Source of the DNA: Octopus bimaculoides | Taxonomy: Eukaryota | Assembly (NCBI RefSeq): GCF_001194135.2 | Contig: NC_068985.1 | Span: 51,021,821 to 51,078,942, forward strand | DNA length: 57,122 bases | Direction of reading: 5' to 3' | In this document: positions 37,587-50,891 of the stretch, piece after piece | Numbering within the stretch: the first letter of the stretch is position 1 | Layout of the letters: each line of letters begins with the position of its first letter | Notes under the pieces: model-generated | Database searches by the model: none | What the model saw: only the letters and a program-made list of their open reading frames with translations | What the model was told of the DNA's origin: nothing | Made by a program: the position numbers and the translations under genes

Positions 37587-38851
37587 CCATAAAAATCCAT
37601 GTAATTTGCGCACCTGTGATTTTCAAGATAAAATTTGTTAAGAAAAAGCTTCTACTCATGTAAAATTCACACCCAAAAGTTTTCAGAATTGCTGATATAG
37701 CCAAGGGAAAAAGGTTTCCGATTTAGTCATATTTAGCATAATTTCACTTACTTATGATTAGATTTTATTAAAATTTCACTAAATAAAAATAATTTCTGTT
37801 TAACAAGTATCACATTGAAAGCTATTAAATTACAAAGTGTTTGTGTTGTTTATAATAAACTCTACTTTACATTTCTTGCCCACAAGAGAATGTCTGATCT
37901 TTAGCATACTGCTTGTATGTCTTTTCAAATCACAATCACAGGAAAAGATGTGGATAAGAATTACCAATAAAAACAAAGCTGATAAATACACACAGGTGTT
38001 GCAAATCAAGTTTAATTACTAATAAACATCAGCTTGGGTGACACTTTACTCAACCGACAGAGGAAGGTGATTAATCAAACTGATTATGTAAACAGAATTC
38101 TTTTCTGCCTATTCTTGTTGGAACCTTTGATATGGAGTATCAAAATTTTAATCTCTTTCACACTTATAAAATGTCAAGCAAACTTTAAAATTTGTCATTA
38201 CCATTATTGTCAGTAATGGGCAGAACTTATGAATCGTTTACTGCGAAGGTGAAATCAAATATGTTGAATATGCATTTGAACGTGGCAATAGAGCTGCTGG
38301 AAGGAATTTTAATATTAATGAAGCCAATGTTCGAAATTGGCATAAACAATACGACAAACTTAAAACTGAGCCCAGTAATAAACAGACAAAAATAAAAACA
38401 TACAATCAAGATTATCCATAGCATTACATTTTTTTTCACTCAGGAATATCCATATCACTATGTCAATGGTGCTCCATTGCGACAGGTAGAAACTCCAAGC
38501 AATTTAAAATATGACCCAGATCGTGTTTACCAGCATGAACATCAGACTTCAAAAAGTAGTTAACCATTTAATGGTTTTAGAAAATTTATACAGAAAAAGT
38601 ATGCATTATACTGTCCAGCATACATAAAAGTCAACTTCATTATATTTAAGCCATCATATTTTTCTGCAAAAACCTATTCTGACATTAAATAAGTCAACTT
38701 CCGATATGAATGTTTACGTTTTATACCTTTTTTTTCAACAAAAAAAATTTCATAAATTCTAGAAATGATCTACTCAATGTAATTTACACACTCGCTAAAG
38801 TTTATTTTTATTTTTGTGAAAAAAGTGCATAAATTGCATGGTTTTTTACAG
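37587..38851 (+). mobile_element. Decayed pogo-like (TcMar) DNA transposon, internally deleted
   Basis: Imperfect TIRs ccataaaaatccatgtaatttgcgcacct / aagtgcataaattgcatggttttttacag. Frameshifted MGRTYESFTAK..KYVEYAFERGNRAAGRNFNINEANVRNWHKQYDKL (38216-38375) resembles the Brinker-type HTH of POGK/pogo proteins. Confidence 0.7.
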
Positions 38852-39367
38852 AAATCAAAAATTTAGAAGGATTCAGTAAATCCTTATCATTGTTTTAATG
38901 TTCACGTTTCCAAATTGGCATGGGTCACTCATTGAGGCAGTTTTTCTACAGATGGATGCTCTTCTAGTCACCAGTCCTCACTGGTTTCCATGAAAGTGAT
39001 TACTCATCCTTTAAACAATGAACAGCTATGTAGCGGTGAAGCAAACTTCTTAACCAATATATTAAATAAATATTTGGAACAACCAAATTTTCTGATATAA
39101 AAATTTTAAGATTTAAAGTAAAATACAGTTTTGTATCATAGAACCAGGAGTGACCTTAAGTAGTTGGGTCTCAAAAATAGTTAAGGTACAATGTTATATT
39201 GCTTTAAAGTTAGTCATGATTTGGGTCAATTCTGGACAAAACTTCTCTAAATAACTATAGGACTTGAACTCTTGATAGTTAGTCCAGTATTTCATCTTTT
39301 TAAATCTTCAGTCAGCTTGCCCCAACATTTATAGCACAAAGTTAAATCAAGAGAGAGTTTTTCTTAC

Positions 39368-39539
39368 TTTTTTTGGTGGATTATGCCTGTTATATTCCTC
39401 TCCCCATAATTTAGCATCCATTTGCAGTTTGACATCTTCAAAATAAACACTCCTGTCAACATCTTCCAAATAACGCTTTGCAACATAGTTCTGAGCATGT
39501 TTCCAGTCACCATGATGAGTAAAATTGGAGAGCTTCTTC
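39368..39539 (-). CDS. EEF2K: eEF2K coding exon 3 (KKLSNFTHHGDWKHAQNYVAKRYLEDVDRSVYFEDVKLQMDAKLWGEEYNRHNPPKK)
   Basis: Read directly (not in the ORF track). Contains the invariant YVAKRY lysine. ttccag acceptor, GTAAGA donor; 172 nt. Confidence 0.97.
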
Positions 39540-40744
39540 CTGGAAGTTATTAAATTACAAATGATATTATCTATGTATGTAATACAATTAAAGCCAGCTG
39601 TTAAAACATCAGTCTCTCATATTGCACACAAGCATCCTTAAATGAAATAATGGAAATGAGCAAGAATTTATAACAAGTCTTGACTGTAGATTAGTCAAAA
39701 ATACAATCTCCAAAGAGAATCAGAACTGTAAAATATTGAATTACTACTGACATCCTTTGGACAAGAAAGGAACCATGTAAATATTCAGCAGCTAACTACC
39801 AATAACTTGCAGACATCAACTTGCATTTAATTGGAATCATGAAGTCAACAGTATCAGAAAATCAAGTAGAACAATAGCAATGATTGGAATAAATTTTGCT
39901 ATCACAGAAACTTGCATATTTTCCAAGGGGATGAGAGATGTTTGATAGTCAAAATTCTATTACAGAAGAGAAAGTTGCCTTTTAGCAAACTTAGTAGAGA
40001 TTAAAGCAAATATAAACATTTATCTTGCTCAACAAGTCAATGAAATTTTGAAATTTTTTATTTGAAGTGTTTCATGAAATCCTTTATGGCTGCATTTGCT
40101 AATGAAGTTAGAAATATTAATGTAGGTATGAATTAGAACATATGTAAACAAAATTAGAATAAGAAATATAAATTCAAATATGAAGGTAGTTTTATACAGT
40201 TTTGAGTAAAAAAAAAATTGAAATTTTTGCAAGTTCTTCAAGCAGAAACAAAAACATTCCATAGCTACCAGTTAAAGCTTAAAACTTCCAAAAGTATATC
40301 ATCATAAATATATTCTATGATCTGGAACTTTGAAAACATCTTCCAAAACTGATATACCAATCTTGTCTCTTTCAACAGCAAAACACAATCATTACTAATG
40401 TCAAGAAAACATTACCACACCACACCTACTTAAACATGAGTGACACATAACTACAGCCCTCATGACTACTCCAAATGGTGGATATCACAATCACCAAGGA
40501 TGTATCTAGGTGTAAACACATCCTTAGCATAGCTAGGACCACACATAGTGATTGAACAATCTCTTCAGGTTCAAAGAATACTTCTGCTTCCAGCAATTAT
40601 TGAAAAATACAAAGAGCAGTTAAGGTCTGTAAGTGAATATTTCTCTTAACATCTGAGACAGTGCTGTTGTTGCACACACAGACACCATAGACTGCATCCT
40701 GAAGAGCCCTCCCCAACAACTGAGTGGTATAAATTCACTCACAG

Positions 40745-41070
40745 ACACACTCTAGTCACTGTCTTTGCTTTATGCCTTTTCCACTGCAACTATAATGGTC
40801 TCTGTTCTTTGGAGTTGGCTGAAATTATACCATCTCCACTCAAACATCCCAACCAAACCCATTCATCTCTATTCCTTCTCCTCTTGCCCCACCCTGACTT
40901 GTGTTAAACACCCTAGATCCTGCACAAACCACGATGCTCAGTTCTTCATTCCCAGAGAGTCATCCCTCTGGAACTCCCTCTCTGCTCATATCTTTTCTGT
41001 AAGTGTTGACCTGCAATGCTTCAAGATGAACATTAATAGCATCAATCTCACTAGTCTCAGTGAGCTAGAG
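40745..41070 (+). mobile_element. Decayed jockey/I-group LINE ORF2 C-terminus
   Basis: YNGLCSLELAEIIPSP...HPRSCTNHDAQFFIPRESSLWNSLSAHIFSVSVDLQCFKMNIN matches the typical FIPRTSSLWNSLP LINE C-terminus. Confidence 0.65.
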
Positions 41071-41139
41071 AAGGCTATGGAAATTACCTCCTCCTTCAGA
41101 CCCAACAGAAAAAAAATCCAGCTTTGTTTCAGTTTTGGG

Positions 41140-41170
<31 letters not shown>

Positions 41171-41299
41171 TCATTTCCAACATCATTTTATCTGTTTAGC
41201 ATAATTGACTGAAAAATTTCTTTCATTTGCCTATTTTCCTGAATGCTAATACCAGTATCTATCATACACCATAATTACATACCAGAACCAATACAATGG

Positions 41300-41500
41300 T
41301 CTCTCTTACATATACTGACCCTTGGTTCAGATACTCAGATGTTGTCCTCACCTCACTTCTGATCAGTTTACCTTTCAAAACAACAATGTATATTCAACTA
41401 ATCAGACAGTCCTCTATGGTAGCCACAGATGCTTCATTTTTAACCGTTCATGTGTCACTGTTGTACACTATCACACTTCTAACATTCGTATCATGCTGTC
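41300..41500 (+). mobile_element. Possible Penelope-like RT remnant
   Basis: CPHLTSDQFTFQNNNVYSTNQTVLYGSH loosely resembles the PLE RT segment CLTSTYFTF...YEQxxGxAMGSP. Weak. Confidence 0.3.
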
Positions 41501-41542
41501 TACCTTATGGAGAAGGAGAGAAAGATGATAAAATAAACTCAC

Positions 41543-41580
41543 AGTCGGAAACACTGTCTCATAGCACCTCGATTGAATGA
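41543..41580 (-). CDS. EEF2K: eEF2K coding exon 2, 38-nt microexon (SFNRGAMRQCFRL)
   Basis: Homology to PFGRGAMRECFRT. ttgtag acceptor, GTGAGT donor; bridges phase 0 (exon 1) to phase 2 (exon 3). Confidence 0.95.
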
Positions 41581-42851
41581 CTACAAAATAGAAAATATCA
41601 GAAGGAAAAAAATAAGTTGGCTAGACAAATAAATAAACATAGTTAAATATCAAGTTTCTTATATGAATAATAAAAAATATCAGATTTTAGATCATTTTCC
41701 ACTCATGTTCAGCTAGTTTTACAGTTAATCACTAAATGAAATAAAGATCTATAAAACCAGTTTTCAAATCCAATTACTGTAGCAGTAAGCCGAGACACAC
41801 ATCTACAAGAACAATAGGACCACATCCCAATGACAAGCACTTTTCTTCAGTCCCCAACAATTATTATTACTATACAAAGTTCAGGTAAAACCTGCAATGG
41901 AATATTGCTCCTACAACTGGGGCAGTGTTGCTGCTGTACACACACACAACAGAGACTGCATTCAGAAAAGAGCAACTCAACTGATTATCTACTATAGATA
42001 ACTTTCCCACAAAAGTTTGATGTCTGCTCCTTACCAAGTCAATGAACTGAAGTAATGCAGTCAGCTACACCGTCTTGTAACTATAGATTTGAACTCGAAA
42101 TCAACGAGCTAACCAACATCTTCTCCACATTACTAGTTTTGTCTCTAAAGCTCACAGGAATAAATTACCTTTTCCCAAATGATCATACTTCAAAGTAAGA
42201 TTTTCTTTTTCTCATTAAACAGCACAAGATAAACCTTTGAAAATTAATTTTCAAAACATCCAAAAATAATTTTCTTTCTAAAGTATGTTAAAACTACATA
42301 AAGGAAATCTAAAAGGTTTTTTTTTTTTTTTTAATTAATTTTACTGCTTAACTGATGTATGTGTTCTACACCATTACTGAGAGATCTGATGATTTTCAAT
42401 TCATTTTAGGATTTCCTGATGAAAGTATCCTACTGTCTACTCAAGATCTTTTGTTAATCTACCTGCATGAAATTTTCAAAACATCTATTCACAGAACACA
42501 AACCAATCTTATTTTATGAATGTTATTAGGCCTGCAAGAATTTGGTTACTGCAGAATGGTTACAAAAATATAAAAGAAATAGATTAAGAAAGAAATACTA
42601 TTTTATGATTTCCTTTTTTTGACTTCACTGTTTACTATCACACTCATGTTTAATTTTTTTTTCAGCTGTTTTAATTTCTCTTATTTATTTTGTTTGATTT
42701 TTGTGTTTTGAAAACTATGTTTAGAAGACATATTAAATCTGAATATTCAGCATACAGGAAAAACAAAACAATAAAAACAAATGTGAACAAAAAATAAAGT
42801 TGCTCACATTTTAATATCATAATGCTCTAATTTCAATTGTTTCATAATTAC

Positions 42852-43241
42852 CTTATTATCAGCTTTCACTTGCACAACATCATCAGACCATCTTTTCTTC
42901 AATGCATTGTACCGATATCTTGTAACATTCTCAATTTTGAGATCTTCCAGGTGGAATTTAGCCCAAGGATCAGTGAGGTTCTTGATCTTTTGAAAAGCAG
43001 TGAACCAGTGGCGTTGAGCTTTACTCCGATATTTCTCAGGAGCAGCTTTCACCTTCAAATAATTAAGATTGAGGGTGCCATTAGCCTTCGATAGCCTTCG
43101 CTGTCGTAATGACATAAGAGCCTTTGGACGATCATCAATCTTTCTCTGAACATTGTTGCTGTTTTCATTATCAGATTCAGAATCGGAGATATCAGTTATT
43201 GGAAACAGGAAAAAATTGCTTTCACTCTCATACAATGGCAT
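42852..43241 (-). CDS. EEF2K: eEF2K coding exon 1 (MPLYESESNFFLFPITDISDSESD...RHWFTAFQKIKNLTDPWAKFHLEDL...RYRYNALKKRWSDDVVQVKADNK)
   Basis: Calmodulin-binding W and the DPWAxFHL and RYxYNA motifs are present. GTAATT donor. Candidate upstream acceptors lie at 43317 and 43413, so the exon probably includes 5' UTR. Confidence 0.93.
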
Positions 43242-43784
43242 CTTGGCAAAGGGATTCTTTGGTGATGATCTTTAGTATGTTATAAACGAACAATCAAAGT
43301 CATACTAGTTCAAAGCACTGTAAAATAGAGCCACTTATATAATCTGGGTAGAGGCTTACAGGTCATGTGATATTCAGAGTTATCTAACCTGTGACCGTGG
43401 AATATCATAGAGACTGAAACAGAAATAAAATACAAATTACTTTTTATTCATTTTATTTTTTGTTAAAAAAATCAAAATTACAATTACATTTTACCAGTAG
43501 AAACTTCTGGTTTTCAGCAAAGACGGGGTAAGCAGTTTCTTTTTGCAATGACCTACTTTTGATTTCTTTTTACATTTTCCCCATGGACCACATGTATATT
43601 TTTCTTACATATAAAAATATCCCCACATATCCCCCACCACCATTCCAGTCAATGGCAATTCTTAGGTAAGCAAAAGTTAAATAAATCAAGGCACAAAAGA
43701 CTATCTAAAAAGCCATCAACTGTTCAATAGTCCAAAAATACATTAAATTCAAAAACTTTGCAGAGAAAGATCCAAGGCCCACAA

Positions 43785-44015
43785 TGAATACCTCAGTGGT
43801 CCACTTGTAGCTGACCCCTGCTCTATGCAGTCATCTGACTTATTAGAGATAGTAGCCAGATCTCTCACAAATCACACTTTACCATCTTAAAAATGGGAAG
43901 ACCATGGATAATGTAGTCCTGAATAACCTTAGAAAGACAATATTGTCACAGTGGAAAGCTTTTGATTATATGTCTGCTTGATCAGGGCTCACCAGATCTA
44001 ATCAACATCAACAAC
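43785..44015 (+). mobile_element. Third short interspersed repeat family (SINE or LINE 3' end)
   Basis: tagagatagtagccagatctctcacaaatcacac...ggataatgtagtcc...gatcagggct...aacatcaacaac. Copies ~1180-1300(-), 45300-45400(-), 47545-47720(-), 48100-48340(-), 53380-53560(+). Confidence 0.7.
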
Positions 44016-46419
44016 TGGTTTGCAACTTTTGGTTAAAAAGGGACTATGTTGCACAATTTTGAGACCTACTTCAGTTGTTACTTTTTATCATAAATTCATA
44101 TCTTAATAAAGGATTAATGCTCACTGCACAGTGAAAATCAAGTAAAAAGAGCAATAAAAATTAACTAAGGTCTCAATATAATACTAACTGAGAGTTTGAA
44201 AATATCTCATCTGTGGATTATGAGTTTAACAATAAAACCATACACCCACAATATATATTCCATATATTCAAAGCCATCATAACAGTATTGTAGCCTCTTC
44301 CATCACCCCATAACTGGGATTATAGTGTTCATATATATTTATTCATTGACAGCAATAAATACATTATCACTCAGTTCCTAGACTGTAAAGCTCTCAGGCC
44401 AAGCGTAGTCATGCCATAGGATGATACTGAATATAATGGCATTAAAAGAATTCTCTTTGAGAAGCCGTACACATTTACATTATTGGTTTTCCAAGTACTC
44501 TTGATTATGTAATTAGATATTATACATAATATAGTGTACTTTATATGATTAAGTACACTATATTAGTTCACTTTTGGTAACCCCATTAAAAAATTTCTAC
44601 CATAAACACAATGCTAGGAATTTTAGAGACAGAAACACTCAATCATTAACACCTCCAAACTGGATTAGTAGTTTATTGATCCTGAAAAAACAAAAGATCA
44701 AGTTGGCTTGAAAAGTATTTGAACTCAGAACTTAAAAGAGCAAGATATCTTGTTTGATGCTTTAACAATTTTACCAATCCACTGCATTAAATAGCTATAT
44801 CAATAATACCCTTAAGTATACATGTCACTGAACAATTGAACAAAGATAGCATATTACTTCTAAGGGTTAATGTAATAAGTTCCACTCCATTCAAAGCAAA
44901 AACATCACAATCACAAAGTTGAAGGGACAGAGTTATCAACTCAACAGAATATCAGACGAGCCAACCAAACCAAAACATTCACAGCTCATATACTGTCAAC
45001 AGTATTACCCAATATACTGAACCTCTAAAATGATTTATCCTGTCTAGATAAGCAGTGCTGCTTTTCACTGTTGTAAGCAGTGGTAACATAATACAGTAGG
45101 TGAATGTGGTTTTAACATATGTCAGCATTGAATTCAAATCGTTCTTGTGCAGCTTTGAGAGGAATAAATAGGACCAGCTGACTTTCCCTGTATAATTCCA
45201 CCTGATACGAAATCTTTAAGTATTGTCCATACAATCCACAAGAATTCACATTTTATGCTAAACTAATGGTATTTAGATTAAAGACTATTTGCCAACATGA
45301 TGTGGCTGTCCTGGAATGGAAGATTGTTACTGCTGTTTAGCCCCAGGAAACATTGTTTCTAGCTGGCTATATGACAATATTTTTGAACAGGGAATCCAGC
45401 ACAAAGCAACATCTGTGGACCGGTTTTGGGGTTATTGCCCTTTATCAATACAGAGTAGCTGCTTGGTTAGGTGGCACTGCTGAATTCCCGTTCGAAAATA
45501 TATTGTTTTCAAAGTTTTCAGATTATTTTCTCAATTACCTATAGGCAAAGCAAGGCTGTGTGGTTACAAAATTTGCTCTGCAACTATATGGTTTCAAGTT
45601 TAAAATCCCACCACTCAAAATCTTAGGTGTCTTCAACCAGAACATCAAACTGATTAAAGCTTTGTGAGTATGGAGACTGTACATATGCCCAGTTTAAACA
45701 CCAACACCAAGCTCTTGGATGCCTTCAACAAAGATCACTCTACTGTAAGCTTCAGAGCCAAGACTTTGGTCTTACAATAAAATCCTCCCTTTGGTTTTCC
45801 ATTGTCATCAGTACCACACTCTTTCTGTCTCACCCATTAAAAAAGAAAATGCTTTGTGTTACTTTAATTTCCCAAAACTAGCCTTTGTAGCATCAATTCT
45901 CATATTTAGATATTAAACACAAATTATCTGATTCTCCTCAGTATTTCAGAGCTCTCCTAACTTATTTTTCTCAATATATTCTACTGTTAGAGGGTTAGAT
46001 CTTTCAATATCACAAAGTATTACAGTTATTAAATAATAACAAAATGACAAAAGCAATTCTAATGTTTTGTGTAGAATGTCAACTGCTTAGCAATCAGCAT
46101 CATACTTTGGCAGGGGCTCCCCACAATCTTTCTATTGGGGGTAGGTAGTCTACAGGTAGGTTGTCTGCAGGTAAGCTGAATTAAGTAATTTGCTTGAGAA
46201 AGATCCAGGAATTTGTTCTCTAAAATTTACCCAGTTCATTTTAGAAACAGAATTCAATATATTTATACCTGATAGTGGCAGTAATGATATTACTTCATAT
46301 TTTTTAACATTGTTGTTCTTTATGGTATTTTTGTACCACTGGTTGAAAATACCCAAGTGTCATTATGTATTTCCTAGATAACCATTTTAATTTTCACACC
46401 ATTCTGTATTCATTCACTA

Positions 46420-46580
46420 ATATTGTGTGCATGGATGTGTATGTGTATGCATAAGTGTGTGTGTATGCATAAGTGTGTGTGCGTGTGTGTGTAAGCATGA
46501 GTAGGTGGGTATATGCATGGGTGTGTGGGTGTGTGTATGCATGGGTGTGTGTGTATGCATATGTGTATGTGTGTGGCTGT
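46420..46580. repeat. Compound (GT/AT) micro/minisatellite
   Basis: Repeated gtgtgtatgcat-like units. Many other (TA)n, (CA)n and (GT)n tracts occur, often bordering N-gaps. Confidence 0.85.
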
Positions 46581-49500
46581 GTATCTCTGCTAATCATTTT
46601 AAATCTGGCTATACTGGTAAGACTGTTTCACTGATGAAATTAAGACTAAAAATACATCCAAGAGTTGTCACTGTACTACCAAAGATAATTCTCATTCCCT
46701 GCTATTTTTAATGTTTACTAATTTAAAATTTGTGGTTACCTCATCTGTTTTTCTGAACGATAATTATTAAGCTAATGGCTTTTGCTGCTCATGGGAGTAA
46801 ATGTGAATAACAGTTTCTTAGCTCACTAACAGTGAGCTCCAACTTTACAATATATTTATAAATGTCAAAGTTTAATGAGCTATTCAAAATGAGAATGACA
46901 AGCTAAACTTCTGACATCAATGTGCCAAACCACATAGTTGTTATAGTGTCAACAAATTAAAGGATCAGCATCCTAACTCAGTAACCAAATCAAGGGTAGC
47001 ACATGTGAAGTGTTTCTGTGACAACAATTAAATGATACATCATTAAAATTTCGCTTTAGACAATAAGAATTCAACACCTTAGACAAGCCAACTGAAACCT
47101 TGCATGTGTCTGTACATATGTGTAAATATTTGTACTTCTCCAGAAGCTACAAGCCATGATGCCATTTCTCTTGTCAACAAATCATCCACTGGATTTGCAT
47201 CTTCAAAGACATACAAAATTTAAAAAAACCCTTCCTTGAAAAAAAAAAGGATTAGTAACAGGAAGGACATTCAGCTGTAAAACAACGTCACAATAATATA
47301 GTTGTCTGATGCTTGCAGAGAAAAGAAAGGACATAAAACAAATCTAGATACCACAATGAAATAAGATCCTTCCCTTCAAAACTTAGTTCCATGGAGAAGC
47401 TTATGCTATTGTAGTCAAATAGTCTTCATGATGAATCGCAACAATCAAGACTAAATGTTCCAAGTTCCAATCCTTTGAACAACAGAGAGAATTAGGACTG
47501 GATAAAACAAAATTTAATTGAACCTGGGTATGTAATTTTTTTAGCTCAAAGTTGCCACTAAGTGAACAGAACTATGACCAGGAGTGCATTCTAGCCAGTC
47601 CTAGCAGACTGTATTTTTCAACACATCCAGTCTTACTTTTTTAAAACTGTAGGATGTAATCTGAGAAATATTTGGGCCACTATTTCTCGTACATTGAATG
47701 ACTACATAGAGGCTCCCTTACCAATTCAAGAGAAACGGAAAGTAAAATCAATTCTGGTGAGATCTGAACTGAAAACGTACAATACGAAAATCAATGCTGG
47801 CAAAGTATTTTAGGAGGACAAGAATTGGAGGACGAAGTGAGCAATTTACCCTCAAGTCTGTAAAATACAAATAAATAAAAACAGTTTAAACCGTAAGACC
47901 AAAGCAGCAATTTAATTTAAATTATATATCTTTGAATGTGAAGAATTAAACATTCATTATTTTAATCGCGGTAAATGCACCCGACAGATTCGTATACATT
48001 TGCAATTCTACCCCCAGTACTTAGGAAACGAAATCCTTTCTATGCAGTCAGCTAAAATATACTGAGCTGACAACAAATAGACAAAACAAAAAAATTTCTA
48101 TTTTATGACTGCGTGGGGCAATGGGCTCAGTAGTAGTTTAGTGCCAGATCAACCCTTAAGTCAAAAATATTCCAGCCGTGACCATCACATCTAACATTCC
48201 GGCACAGTGGATTTAATTACATTATCCAACGTGTTCTTCCTCTTTTTTATGGCAATAGGGTCTTATCTAAGGGAGATTTAGTTACCTTTTCTAACACCAC
48301 GCTAGAATTGTGGAGTGACCCACCTATGGCTCAATAATAGAATGTTGAATAGACTAAAATTGTTTACGTTTCTGAGTTTAAATCATGCGAAAATCGATTA
48401 GCTTTTTTAGCTGGGTAGAATCGATAAAATACGCATATGAAACATGCTGGAGTATAAATGTGGTGAATAACTAGACGAACATCTAAAGTCACGTGGATTT
48501 ATTGACCACACAACTAGTTTTTCAATAGAAGAGTTTTTTTTTTAAATTTGCTTTCTTATTCATTGTTAAGCAAGCAATTTAATAATAATAAAAGGGAAAA
48601 CAAGACAATGCCATGACCGATAACAAGAGTTCAAATGTTGCCAAATTCGATCTTGCCTTTCATTCTTCTGGAGTTCGGTAATGTAAAGTACGAGCGAAGT
48701 ACTAGGATTAGTGTAATCTTGGCAAGCATATACAGTTCACAAACCCTTGTCCACAAACTAGTCTAGGCTGATGTCCTAAATGGCTTATCCATATTTGCAG
48801 CCTTATGCCAATGTTGAAATCAATATTTATATGAAACCAATACTTCAAGCGGTCGATGCAAACAGACAAAAATCTCCACTAAATAACCAGATTATATAAT
48901 TGCATGCAGTATAATGCATGCAATTATAATCACATTCAAAATAAAGTAATTTATAATTATTATTGTTAATAATAAATTCATATTAATGATGCACAAAAAC
49001 CGTTTGACGATTTTAAAAAAATATTCTCTTAAAATTACTTACTATTCTTACTTAAAATTTGAATGCACGGAATAAATTAAAACCGAAATTAAACACGTGT
49101 CAGTTCCTTTTTACAGTGAACATTAAAAAAAAATTATTTTTGGTACTAATTTTATTGACTCCGCGCGAGGAAAATGAGATCATCTTTAGCAGAATCGGAA
49201 CACAGATGTGAAACAACGAACTAATGGAGTTCCTGTCAACTGACGTCTTCAACTCTCCTCCTGTTTACGACATAATACTGCACTTCAACATATGACACAT
49301 CAATATACGCAAGCAATATGTTATGATTAATGCACAGATTACGATTAACAACTTATTTCCCTTCATTCTTACTAGTCTTTTTTTTATTTTTTATTTTGTT
49401 AGGGTACATATTGGATCAAAAAATCTTGGCAAGCACATACAGTTCAAAACCTTGTCCACCAACTAGTCTTTACCATACTGACATTTATGAACTTAGGCTG

Positions 49501-50677
49501 ATGTCCTAAATCGCTTATCCAATGTGTATTAGAAGATGGATCCCCCCACACACACACCGAAAACCCTTCTAGCTTTGAAAACTGATATATATTCTAACAT
49601 AATGCATGTGTTGCTCCATTCTTTTATAATTATTTTTAAAAATTGCTTTTTATCATTTAAACGATGTATATAAATTAGCTCGTGGAAGCCACAATGCAGA
49701 ACATAAGGAACACAACATACCGTTTTCTATTTAACACATACAAACAAGTTAGTTAGCGAGTGCATGTAACTTTTGCAAGCCCTCCTGGAGTGATATAGCC
49801 AACTGCTCAGCAAGTTAAAAACAAAAGGAAGGGGTGGGGCACGGGAGGTGGCGCACCAGGATCGGGTGTGACTGCTTGTAGTTCGGTCCAGATGGACTAT
49901 ATGTAATCTGAACCTTTCCCCCCTTGTTTTATTTTATTTTTTTTACGGAATCCCACGTTTTAGGCTATGGAGATTCAGATTCTGAAAAATTTTTTTCAAA
50001 AATCTCNNNNNNNNNNNNNNNNNNNNNNNNNNNNNNNNNNNNNNNNNNNNNNNNNNNNNNNNNNNNNNNNNNNNNNNNNNNNNNNNNNNNNNNNNNNNNN
50101 NNNNNNNNNNNNNNNNNNNNNNNNNNNNNNNNNNNNNNNNNNNNNNNNNNNNNNNNNNNNNNNNNNNNNNNNNNNNNNNNNNNNNNNNNNNNNNNNNNNN
50201 NNNNNNNNNNNNNNNNNNNNNNNNNNNNNNNNNNNNNNNNNNNNNNNNNNNNNNNNNNNNNNNNNNNNNNNNNNNNNNNNNNNNNNNNNNNNNNNNNNNN
50301 NNNNNNNNNNNNNNNNNNNNNNNNNNNNNNNNNNNNNNNNNNNNNNNNNNNNNNNNNNNNNNNNNNNNNNNNNNNNNNNNNNNNNNNNNNNNNNNNNNNN
50401 NNNNNNNNNNNNNNNNNNNNNNNNNNNNNNNNNNNNNNNNNNNNNNNNNNNNNNNNNNNNNNNNNNNNNNNNNNNNNNNNNNNNNNNNNNNNNNNNNNNN
50501 NNNNNNNNNNNNNNNNNNNNNNNNNNNNNNNNNNNNNNNNNNNNNNNNNNNNNNNNNNNNNNNNNNNNNNNNNNNNNNNNNNNNNNNNNNNNNNNNNNNN
50601 NNNNNNNNNNNNNNNNNNNNNNNNNNNNNNNNNNNNNNNNNNNNNNNNNNNNNNNNNNNNACACACACACACACACA

Positions 50678-50891
50678 CGAGTGGCTGCTGAAAAGTTCCT
50701 GGCTTTAAGGGTGTCGCGAAAAGCCTGGTTGGCGGCCCAAACTTTCGAGCTCTTTTACAGTGCTTAGAAAAACTGAAGGACCGCTGCAATAAGTGTGTGA
50801 ATCATAGAGGAATATGTTCAATAAAATCATAATTAACTGATCCTCCCGTATTTTCTTTTACCCAAAGCCAGGAACTTTTCAGTATCCCTCG
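50678..50891 (+). mobile_element. Mariner-derived MITE (~214 bp)
   Basis: TIRs cgagtggctgctgaaaagttcctggcttt / aaagccaggaacttttcagtatccctcg. The interior retains the transposase C-terminus LEKLKDRCNKCVNHRG-YVQ* with one frameshift. Confidence 0.88.

Noticed and set aside
47849-47870. Possible 8-nt minus-strand UTR microexon (tttacag|ACTTGAGG|gtaaat)
   Set aside because: Splice-like motifs are frequent by chance in AT-rich DNA; cannot be supported without reads.
6083-50789. Long ORFs of 100-400 aa in the ORF track that are mostly X
   Set aside because: Artefacts of reading through N-gaps and (TA)n/(CA)n tracts. Only the RTE RT parts at 8609-8859 and 9676-10020 are real.
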